NCBI GenBank assembly: GCA_043753995.1
Contig: JAYUVP010000036.1
Coordinates: forward strand, 1-29,610
Source: Fibrobacterota bacterium
GTDB taxonomy: Bacteria; Fibrobacterota; Fibrobacteria; UBA11236
Length of the DNA stretch: 29,610 bases
Direction of reading: 5' to 3'
The stretch's first letter is position 1. Each line of letters begins with the position of its first letter. Below are positions 14,164-22,144 of this stretch, piece by piece. Under the pieces are notes generated by a model. The model was not told the origin of the DNA, made no database searches, and saw only the letters and a program-made list of their open reading frames with translations. The position numbers and the translations under genes were made by a program.

Positions 14164-15939
14164 TCAATTCGCGCGTGTGATGCGGCCTTCGATTGCGTAG
14201 TCGATGGGTTGGCTATGGTTTGTAACGAATGTGACGAGAGCATCCAGGTCGACCGGTCCTACAACTCGATCGATTCCGTTCCTAAGCACGGTGAAATTGT
14301 CACCGCCCGAGGCCATGAAGCTATTGCAAGCAATCGTGAATAAGTCCGCCATGCCAATGAGAGCGCCGCCGCGTCGCACCTCGGTAACCTTGGAGCCGGT
14401 GGGCAGCGCATTGTCCCAGGAATAGGTGAGGCCTGAGATTTGCATCATGCGGGGCGAGGTCTGCCCAACCCACTGCTGGTTAAGCAATTCGTAAACCTGC
14501 GCGCCAGTGAGCCTCATGGAAACGACGTCGTTGGCGAAGGGTTGGATGGTGAACAAAGCGCCCCAGGTGATGATGCCCGCATTCATGTCGGCGCGAATGC
14601 CTCCCGGATTCATGAAGGCGAAATCCGCGTTGACCGAAGAACGCTGTGCATCGGCAATTAGGTTGCCCAAGGCTGATTCACCTGCTGCATTCTGGGCGCG
14701 AAGAATGGCTTGAGCGGCTGTACCCACCTCTCGGTTGACCAGGGGAGCCACTAATGCTTCTGCTTGATCGACCATGGCGCGAACCGCCGGGTCCGGGGTA
14801 AGTCCAGGACCTTGGTCGGCCCAGGTGGTCATGATTTTTCCGGTCATGCCAACCACGTCGCGGGTCTTGCGATCGAGTTGCAAATCGATTTGACCGAAGG
14901 CGGTACTGGCCGAAAAGGATTGGGTGACCAGCATGACCTTGCCATTCTTGTTCTTAAGAAAGGCATTGGTGAATTGGTGCGTGTGCCCGGTGACCACCAC
15001 GTCGATTTCATCCGAAAGATTGTCGATGATACTTTGTATGACACCCGTGACAGGAGCGGAAGAATCTTGAGTCGGTTCGCCATGCGAAGGCTGGGAGCCG
15101 CCCTGGTGTATGGCGACGACCATGGCTCGCACGCCTAATTGCTTGAGCTTGGTGACTTGTTTGTTAATCGATTCCGCCTCATCCAAAAAGTCCAGCCCCG
15201 CCACGCCGCTGGGGGTGACTATGGAGGGGGTTTCCTTGAGCACTGCGCCGATAAAACCGATGGGAATCCCTTTGACAAGTTTGATATTGTATCCAGGAAT
15301 CACGGTCTTGTTTGTGCCTTTCCATACCACATTGCTGGAAATCATTGGATAATTCGCGCCGCGCCAGGGGTTTTCCAGGAAAGGTCCTTTGACATGATTT
15401 CCGCCGAAATGCAGGCGTGCGGCTTCGTTTTTCCCCTCGTCGAATTCATGGTTGCCCGGCGTTCCCACCACATTGCAAAGTGGATTCTCGCGCCACTTTT
15501 CAGTGCAGAATTTATTGCCGACCCTGTTCAGAAAAGAAATGGCAGGTTCATCTTGGAGCAGGGCAGAACTGGGCGGGGAGGCTCCCACATGGTCGCCTGC
15601 ATGAACGATGAAGGTGCGATCCACAAAAGTGTCCGCAGCGGCTTCTTTGAAATACGAAGCCATGACGGCAGCGCTGCCCACCGGTCTGCCAGAGACGAGC
15701 TTACCTGCCGAGATTTGCCCATGAAAATCATTGAAGGCCAATAAGCGAACATTTTCAATCCGATCCAGTCTGTAACTGGAATGCTTCCATGCGATAGCCT
15801 TTTTTGCCAATTCTCGAATGGCGGGTGTATCCTCATCATGGTGATGGTCGCAGCCTTGGCCCCATGAATTTGGGATGACGGCGGACAACAGCGGTAAAAA
15901 CAGCAAATTGCGGAGCAATGAAATAGAAAGCATGCGCAT
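14164..15939 (-). CDS. bifunctional metallophosphatase / 5'-nucleotidase
   Basis: NDFHG, AGD, GNHEFD and GHTH calcineurin-like motifs plus 5'-nucleotidase C-domain (ESALGNLIADA, NPGGIRA, QPFAN, GGDNF). Start placed at ATG 15939 behind GGGAG; signal peptide present. Confidence 0.93.
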   Translation of the reverse strand: MRMLSISLLRNLLFLPLLSAVIPNSWGQGCDHHHDEDTPAIRELAKKAIAWKHSSYRLDRIENVRLLAFNDFHGQISAGKLVSGRPVGSAAVMASYFKEAAADTFVDRTFIVHAGDHVGASPPSSALLQDEPAISFLNRVGNKFCTEKWRENPLCNVVGTPGNHEFDEGKNEAARLHFGGNHVKGPFLENPWRGANYPMISSNVVWKGTNKTVIPGYNIKLVKGIPIGFIGAVLKETPSIVTPSGVAGLDFLDEAESINKQVTKLKQLGVRAMVVAIHQGGSQPSHGEPTQDSSAPVTGVIQSIIDNLSDEIDVVVTGHTHQFTNAFLKNKNGKVMLVTQSFSASTAFGQIDLQLDRKTRDVVGMTGKIMTTWADQGPGLTPDPAVRAMVDQAEALVAPLVNREVGTAAQAILRAQNAAGESALGNLIADAQRSSVNADFAFMNPGGIRADMNAGIITWGALFTIQPFANDVVSMRLTGAQVYELLNQQWVGQTSPRMMQISGLTYSWDNALPTGSKVTEVRRGGALIGMADLFTIACNSFMASGGDNFTVLRNGIDRVVGPVDLDALVTFVTNHSQPIDYAIEGRITRAN

Positions 15940-16073
15940 TTGGATCTCCCAGGTTTTTCGCAATACAATCTAAGGAGCGGAAATGGGATACCTGTTTCTT
16001 ATGACTGCCGGATGCATTTATTTTTGTTTCAACCGAATTAAAAATTTGTCACGGTTAGCAGCGGTCTGGCCGG

Positions 16074-18449
16074 TTAAAAAGCAATGGGCTCCCAAATCAA
16101 GGCGTCTTCGGTGTCCCCAGTGCCGAGCCTACTATCGCCATTGTATCCTGCCACCCAGACAACCCCATCGTTCCTCAGCGCGTAACTGGAATGAGGCCCG
16201 GCCTCTATGTCCACGACGCCGCTTCCCAGACGCATGAGAGGTTCATCGTAGTTTTTCCGGCCTATTCCCAATGCACCGCCAATATTATTGCCGAATCCCC
16301 ATACCACCCCTTCCGTGGTCAAAAGCAAACCATGGTAATAGGCGTCCACGTCCTGCACACCGGCCATGATTTGAAAGGGAGACCACCGTTGTCCCACGGT
16401 TCCAGATTCTGATCGGTAGGAGCCACCCCAGGCCCAGGCTGTGCCATCGGTTTTCAAGGCTAAGGTTTGTGTGTAACCCGCTGATACCTTGGTCACTTCC
16501 GACAGCACTTGTATTGGCGAGGATCGATTCGTTTGCGTGCCATCTCCTAAAATGCCCGCACCGTTCCATCCACAGGCCCAAAGCGAACCATCCGTTTTGA
16601 GAATCATTGAAGACCAGGATCCGGCGGAGACCTCCCTCACTCCGGACATGATGAAGGTAGGCGAGAGCGACTCTTGTGTCGTCCCATTTCCGAGTTGCCC
16701 ATACTCGTTGCTGCCGCAGGCCCAAAGCGATCCGTCTTGCTTCACGATTAGGGTATGCCCTACTCCCGCGGACATGCTGGCCACGCCGCCCATTATGAAA
16801 TAGGGTGTATATCGATCTTGCTTGTTACCAACACCGAGCTGCCCTTCCCGATTCAGGCCGGTCCCCCAAAGTTCCCCATTGGACTTGAGGAAAAGCAGGT
16901 GGGCAGATGCGCTCACCTGAACCACATTTTCCGCAATCGGAACGGGGAAATGGAGAGAACGAACCGAGCTGACACCTAATTGTCCGGCCCAATTGCATCC
17001 GACGGACCAGAGCGTCCTGTGCTCATCGATAAAATGGGTGGACGTGCCTCCACCCGCCACCGCGACGATCCGGGTGCGAGGATGCCAGCGAAGCCTGGCC
17101 GCTTCGCTTGTTGTCCGACCTCTGGAATTGGAGATCACAACATCGAAACTTCCAGTGTCGGAGGGGGCCACGGAGGAGGTGACCAATACGCGGGATTGCG
17201 CACCGGATATATTCTGGCCGTTTTTTCTCCATTGATAGGTCAAGTTCGTCCCCAGGGCGATGACTTCGAAGCGCGCCGCCTTTCCCAGCAAAGGGTATTG
17301 CGGACGCGGCTGAACGGTGACCAGCGGGGCGCCGAATTGATCGTCAAAAAAAGATCGACAGTAGGTAGACGCGCAAACGGCCACCTTCCCGGATCCCAAA
17401 TCCACTACGGGGGAAATCGGCAGGGGATCATACGTTTGCCACAATTGTTGGGACCAAAGGAAGTTTCCGGACAAATCCATTTTCACCAGCCGATTCGGGA
17501 GGCTATGGATCACATACCCGCTATCCTTCGACTTCACGCTTATGCCGGTTTCCGAAGTCCCGTCGCCGCTGCGCACCTGTACCCATTCCAGGGCGCCTAT
17601 CGCATCCGTCTTGATTAGGGCAAGTTCCTTGCCCATTGTCACCGGATTCATTTTGTATCCGGACACGATATATCCACCATTTGCGGTGAGGTCGAGGCCG
17701 AATGCCTCATCATCGCCTAGGCCACCGTACCGTCGTACCCAAAGCGTGGAGCCGACGGAATCCGTTTTCAACAGGCAAGCGTCCAGGCCATTTTCTCCAG
17801 CGCCCCGAATCGCGCCGGCCAAAATGAAACCACCATCCGGAGCGGCTTTCACCATGCGGACGGCGCTGAATTCATAATCCAGGAATTCACGCGACCGGAG
17901 AATGTTGCCCGCTTTATCCGTGATGATGAGGGCAGCATGGTCCGACCGAGAACTGTCAATGCTTGAGCCGACCAATACATATCCCGAATCGCGAGTCTGC
18001 TCTACCGCATGCAGCCGATCCTCCGCGGGTCCTCCAAAATGCTGGATAAATTCAGTCACCCCCAAGGAATCGGTTTTCAGAAGGAAGCCTTGATCCCCCG
18101 TACCATTCGGCGCGGCAGTGTAGCCCGCTACGGCGAATCCTCCGTCCAAGGTTTGCACAATCGAGGTGGGAACTTGATCATGGGGATGCCTGTATTGCCG
18201 AGCCCCGACGATTCTGCCCTGCGGATTCAACCGGAAGATCTGCAAATCAAAAGAGGAAGAATCTGTTTGATCGTAAGTATAAAATCGGGTGGCAATGGCA
18301 ATTCCACCGTCACGCATGGAACAATAAGCATTAATGAAATTGGGCGAGGGTATTACATCTGATTGCCCATAGGAACTGACGGCAGTATCGGCGGTTTTCG
18401 GCGAGAGTAGGAAGAAACCCAAAAGGCACAGTGCAATCCGTATGCGCAT
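16074..18449 (-). CDS. secreted multidomain protein: beta-propeller repeats, Ig-like domain, RCC1/BLIP-II repeats
   Basis: AGGAG RBS and signal peptide; IVQTLDGGFAVAG-type repeats; Ig module (LTYQWRKNGQNISGA...DTGSFDVVISN); repeated LKxDGSLWACG.N..GQLG RCC1 units. Confidence 0.88.
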   Translation of the reverse strand: MRIRIALCLLGFFLLSPKTADTAVSSYGQSDVIPSPNFINAYCSMRDGGIAIATRFYTYDQTDSSSFDLQIFRLNPQGRIVGARQYRHPHDQVPTSIVQTLDGGFAVAGYTAAPNGTGDQGFLLKTDSLGVTEFIQHFGGPAEDRLHAVEQTRDSGYVLVGSSIDSSRSDHAALIITDKAGNILRSREFLDYEFSAVRMVKAAPDGGFILAGAIRGAGENGLDACLLKTDSVGSTLWVRRYGGLGDDEAFGLDLTANGGYIVSGYKMNPVTMGKELALIKTDAIGALEWVQVRSGDGTSETGISVKSKDSGYVIHSLPNRLVKMDLSGNFLWSQQLWQTYDPLPISPVVDLGSGKVAVCASTYCRSFFDDQFGAPLVTVQPRPQYPLLGKAARFEVIALGTNLTYQWRKNGQNISGAQSRVLVTSSVAPSDTGSFDVVISNSRGRTTSEAARLRWHPRTRIVAVAGGGTSTHFIDEHRTLWSVGCNWAGQLGVSSVRSLHFPVPIAENVVQVSASAHLLFLKSNGELWGTGLNREGQLGVGNKQDRYTPYFIMGGVASMSAGVGHTLIVKQDGSLWACGSNEYGQLGNGTTQESLSPTFIMSGVREVSAGSWSSMILKTDGSLWACGWNGAGILGDGTQTNRSSPIQVLSEVTKVSAGYTQTLALKTDGTAWAWGGSYRSESGTVGQRWSPFQIMAGVQDVDAYYHGLLLTTEGVVWGFGNNIGGALGIGRKNYDEPLMRLGSGVVDIEAGPHSSYALRNDGVVWVAGYNGDSRLGTGDTEDALIWEPIAF

Positions 18450-18564
18450 AAATACTCTCCTAAGGGTAAAACGATTTGCCAGAGAGCAAGTGACGATAAG
18501 GAATTAATCAACTCGTATTGCCATTTCCGACGAAATCAATTTCGAAATGAATGCCACGTTCCTG

Positions 18565-18580
18565 CGGCACGGTTAACGCT
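18565..18580 (+). promoter_or_regulatory. possible sigma54 promoter of the polysaccharide operon
   Basis: CGGCACGGTTAACGCT fits GG-N10-GC with a GGCACG core, about 140 nt upstream of the first glycosyltransferase ATG. Confidence 0.3.
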
Positions 18581-18716
18581 CGCTCCAATTCGATTTCTGC
18601 ATGATTTCAAATCCATTCGCTGCCACCGGGGGTATCCCTTGGAGCGTGGATTTTTATGAGCTTATCCGTCCGCCTTGTGGGAATTTGCCGGCAAGTGCCG
18701 GAATTACTGGAATTTC

Positions 18717-19997
18717 ATGAAAGCCTATGCAACTGAGAGCCCGCCCGCCCTAAAAGCGCAGACCCAGGGCTTTGTCGTGGGATATATCGTGAGTCGCTTC
18801 CCAAAGATCTCGGAAACCTTCATACTTAGGGAAATTTTGGCGCTGGAAGACCGGAATTTCAGGGTGGAATTATTTCCTATGGTCGTAGTTCGGGAGGAGC
18901 GAATCCATCCCGAAGCCCATCGCCTGAACAAGGCAGCCCATCGCGTGGGGTATTTTTCGATTGCCATCGTGAAGGCACAATTCCATTGGTTTCAGCGAAA
19001 ACCTGTGACCTATTTTCTCCTTTGGGCCGAAGTGATTGCTGGCCATATTTTTTCTCCGAAATTTCTGATACGGTCGTTGGCTCTTCTACCGAAAGCCGCT
19101 TGGATGGCGCAGCAGGCTCAGGTCCTGGGCTGCGGCCACATGCATGCCCATTTCGCCACTCATGCCGCCTTGGCCGGCCACGTCGTTCATAAGCTGACCG
19201 GTATTCCCTATAGCTTTACAGCGCATGCCCATGATATTTACGTGGAGCGGCCCATGCTGGGACGCAAAATGAAAGCCGCCAACTTCATTGTCACGATTTC
19301 CCAATTCAATCGTATTTACCTGCAGAAACTCTTTGGCCAAGACGCGGCCTCCAAGACGCGGGTAATTCATTGCGGTGTTGACACCGAAAGTTATTCGCCA
19401 ATGCCGTCGCGCTCTTCGAAGGACGGTGTTTCGCGCCTGGTATGCATTGCCTCGCTCGAAGAGTACAAGGGGCATGTTTATTTGGTGAAAGCTTGTTCTC
19501 TGCTGGCTCGTCAAGGCCTTCGCTTCCGCTGCGGTTTGATTGGCGGAGGAGTTTTGGAGCGCAAGTTAAAAGAGCTGGTCCACGCTGAAGGCTTGACTGA
19601 TCACATCCATTTTCATGGACGCTTACCTCAGGCGGAAGTTCGGGAAATCCTCGCCGTATCCGATCTTTTAGTCCTACCCAGCGTGATTACGAGCCGTGGA
19701 AAGATGGAAGGATTGCCCGTGGTCCTAATGGAAGCCATGGCCTTGGAAACACCTGTTGTTACGACAGGTATTTCCGGAATTCCGGAACTTGTACGCCACG
19801 AAAAGACAGGTATCCTTGTTCCCGAGAAGGACGTGGAGGCCCTGGCTGCTGGCATTCGGCGACAACTGGAAAACCCGGAGCAAGCCGCAGCCATGGCCCG
19901 CGCCGGTCGTCGGCTTGTCATACAGGAATTTGATTTACGCAAAAATGCGGATGAAATCGCCGCCCTTTTCCGCGATAGCATGGTGTCGGCATGCTGA
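18717..19997 (+). CDS. glycosyltransferase family 4 (WcaL-like)
   Basis: FPKISETFILREI, HMHAHFA, SFTAHAHDIY and EGLPVVLMEAMA (EX7E). ATG 18717 preferred over TTG 18675. Confidence 0.93.
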   Translation: MKAYATESPPALKAQTQGFVVGYIVSRFPKISETFILREILALEDRNFRVELFPMVVVREERIHPEAHRLNKAAHRVGYFSIAIVKAQFHWFQRKPVTYFLLWAEVIAGHIFSPKFLIRSLALLPKAAWMAQQAQVLGCGHMHAHFATHAALAGHVVHKLTGIPYSFTAHAHDIYVERPMLGRKMKAANFIVTISQFNRIYLQKLFGQDAASKTRVIHCGVDTESYSPMPSRSSKDGVSRLVCIASLEEYKGHVYLVKACSLLARQGLRFRCGLIGGGVLERKLKELVHAEGLTDHIHFHGRLPQAEVREILAVSDLLVLPSVITSRGKMEGLPVVLMEAMALETPVVTTGISGIPELVRHEKTGILVPEKDVEALAAGIRRQLENPEQAAAMARAGRRLVIQEFDLRKNADEIAALFRDSMVSAC

Positions 19998-21187
19998 ATG
20001 GAATTATGGAAGGATTGTTCTGGATCTGTTTGGTCACTCTGTCCTATGCCTATCTTGGTTTTCCTCTCCTGACCTTCTTTCGCAGCATTGGAAAGCCTAC
20101 ACCAGCAAAAACCAAAGGCCCGTTTCCCAGCGTTTCCATTTGCATCGCAGCGCACAACGAGGAGTCGGTGATACGCGGTAAATTGGAAAACATTTTCACC
20201 TGCGAGTATCCAGCGCACAAGCTTGAAATTATCGTGGCATCAGACGGCTCAGTTGACAAGACGGCTGCCATCGTCAAAACATTTCGCAGCCTAGGGGTGG
20301 TATTGCTTGATTTGCCGCGAAGCGGCAAAAACCTTGCGCTCAATGCGGCTGTCGCGGCCGCCACCGGCGATATTCTGATCTTTACCGATGCCGATGTCAG
20401 CCTAGAAAAAGACGCAATGGAGAAACTGGTTTCTCCATTTGGGGACGCCTCCGTGGGATGCGTGGCAGGTGATTTCCGTTATGCTCGCCAAAGCGGATCC
20501 AATGGCGGTGAGCATACCTATTGGGATTTCGATCGCAAAATGAAAGAGTGGCAAATGCGCGCAGGCAGCGTCACCTCCGCGACTGGCCAACTCTATGCCT
20601 TGAGGCGATCTTTTTACCGTCCCCTGCCGCGGGGAGTGACTGATGATTTCGTCACCTCGGTGCAGGCGCGAATTCACGGCAAGCGAATTGTATTCGCGGG
20701 AGATGCCCGATCCCACGGTATTGGGGTTGATTCCGCGAAAAAAGAATTTAAAAGGAAGGTTCGGGTATTAACGGCTGGATTGAAGGGGGTGTGGCTGACA
20801 CGTGAACTCCTCAACCCTTTTCACCACGGTTATTATGCCTGGCAACTTTTCTCACATAAAGTATTGCGCCGGTTAGCGGTGCTACCCGTTCTTGGGCAAA
20901 CCTTGGCATTGGCTTTCCTGGCCTTGAACGGCTCGACCTATGCCTGGCTTCTCATCCTGCAGGGCGCGTTTCATGCAGCGGCCTTAGCAGGATTTTTCTT
21001 GGGCAAGACTCGGCTGGGTAAACTCAAGCCACTGATGTTGCCCTGCTATTTCGATATGCTTATGCTGGCCACCCTTTTCGCTTTGTGGAAGTTGGCCCGT
21101 GAACATCAGGAAGATTTATGGTCACCCCAGCGTGATTCACAACAAGCCCTTTCAACGCATCCCTCAACCATCCAACCAAGCACGTAG
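19991..21187 (+). CDS. glycosyltransferase family 2, membrane-bound
   Basis: VSICIAAHNEE, SDGSVD, GKNLALN, FTDAD (DXD), TDDF; N- and C-terminal TM helices. Confidence 0.93.
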   Translation: MLNGIMEGLFWICLVTLSYAYLGFPLLTFFRSIGKPTPAKTKGPFPSVSICIAAHNEESVIRGKLENIFTCEYPAHKLEIIVASDGSVDKTAAIVKTFRSLGVVLLDLPRSGKNLALNAAVAAATGDILIFTDADVSLEKDAMEKLVSPFGDASVGCVAGDFRYARQSGSNGGEHTYWDFDRKMKEWQMRAGSVTSATGQLYALRRSFYRPLPRGVTDDFVTSVQARIHGKRIVFAGDARSHGIGVDSAKKEFKRKVRVLTAGLKGVWLTRELLNPFHHGYYAWQLFSHKVLRRLAVLPVLGQTLALAFLALNGSTYAWLLILQGAFHAAALAGFFLGKTRLGKLKPLMLPCYFDMLMLATLFALWKLAREHQEDLWSPQRDSQQALSTHPSTIQPST

Positions 21188-21193
21188 AACACC

Positions 21194-22135
21194 ATGAAAT
21201 CCTGGATAACCATTCTTCTCGCGACCTTTCTAAACGCTGGGGCACAGTGTCAAGATCAGATGGAATACCGCATCTATCCTGGCGATGTCCTGCAAATTTC
21301 CTCATTCCGCAAGCAGGTAGCGATTGAAGAATACCCTATCCGGGTTTTTGACAAAATCAATATCGTATTTCCGACCTCGCCGCAATTCTCAAGCGAGCAG
21401 AGGGTGACTCCGGATGGTAAGGTTCATTTGCCGCGAGACGTTCAGGTTACGGTTGCCGGATTGAGCATGGCCCAAGCCAAGGATAGCATACAGAAGAAAT
21501 TCGAAGCACAGTCCTGGACTCCGGAGTTTTACCTCATGTTCAGTGAATTCGGCGGGGCCAATAACGATTTACTGAACTTTTTCGAGGAGAATGGGAATAC
21601 CGGTCGGCCGGTTACCGTAGGTCCTGATGGATTTTTGCATTTGCCCTTCCTGAGTGAAATCGTCGTATCCGGGCGAACCATTCCCGAGGCCAATACCCTA
21701 TTGCGAAATGAATACACGAAACAATTCCCACAATTGGATTTTCACATCGATATGAAGAAGGCTGAAGGCCATCGAGCCTTCATCTTCGGGCATGTGAAAC
21801 AACCCGGAGCCTATGATGTTTCTCAAAACCTGACCGCGATAAACGTGCTCTCGATGGCAGGTGGGGCTTTGACGGGCGCAAATCTAAGCAATGTGATTTT
21901 ACTAACACCCGAAAAACAAACAATGAAGGGAAAGCAGGTCAATCTCAACGATATCCTGAAGGGAAAAAACGTGGAAGCCAATGTCCAACTTTGCCCCGGC
22001 ACCATCATTTACGTGCCTAAAGGTGGCATGCTAAGCGCAGCTGAATTCATGAAAAACCTTTCCGACATCATTTTCTTCCGCGGATTCATCGCCGGCTTCA
22101 ACTGGGACCTCACCCAGACATTTACAGACAAGTGA
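21194..22135 (+). CDS. polysaccharide export protein (Wza/OPX family)
   Basis: YRIYPGDVL, VTPDGKVHLP and VGPDGFLHLP Poly_export motifs; FIFGHVKQPGAY...AGG SLBB domain. Confidence 0.88.
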   Translation: MKSWITILLATFLNAGAQCQDQMEYRIYPGDVLQISSFRKQVAIEEYPIRVFDKINIVFPTSPQFSSEQRVTPDGKVHLPRDVQVTVAGLSMAQAKDSIQKKFEAQSWTPEFYLMFSEFGGANNDLLNFFEENGNTGRPVTVGPDGFLHLPFLSEIVVSGRTIPEANTLLRNEYTKQFPQLDFHIDMKKAEGHRAFIFGHVKQPGAYDVSQNLTAINVLSMAGGALTGANLSNVILLTPEKQTMKGKQVNLNDILKGKNVEANVQLCPGTIIYVPKGGMLSAAEFMKNLSDIIFFRGFIAGFNWDLTQTFTDK

Positions 22136-22144
22136 AAGGAAAGG

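Noticed and set aside
14164..14195. EGR near the nucleotidase C-terminus as a third tail copy
   Set aside because: EGRI is the normal end of the 5'-nucleotidase C-domain; there is no PT[SA][IL] linker or extra tail.
13985..14200. 71-aa + ORF just after the GH5
   Set aside because: No RBS, overlaps the nucleotidase 3' end, and the region is dominated by inverted repeats.
16074..17070. Recurring ~150-bp-period similarity suggesting a DNA repeat array or CRISPR
   Set aside because: It reflects degenerate RCC1 protein repeats; there are no identical repeats with unique spacers.
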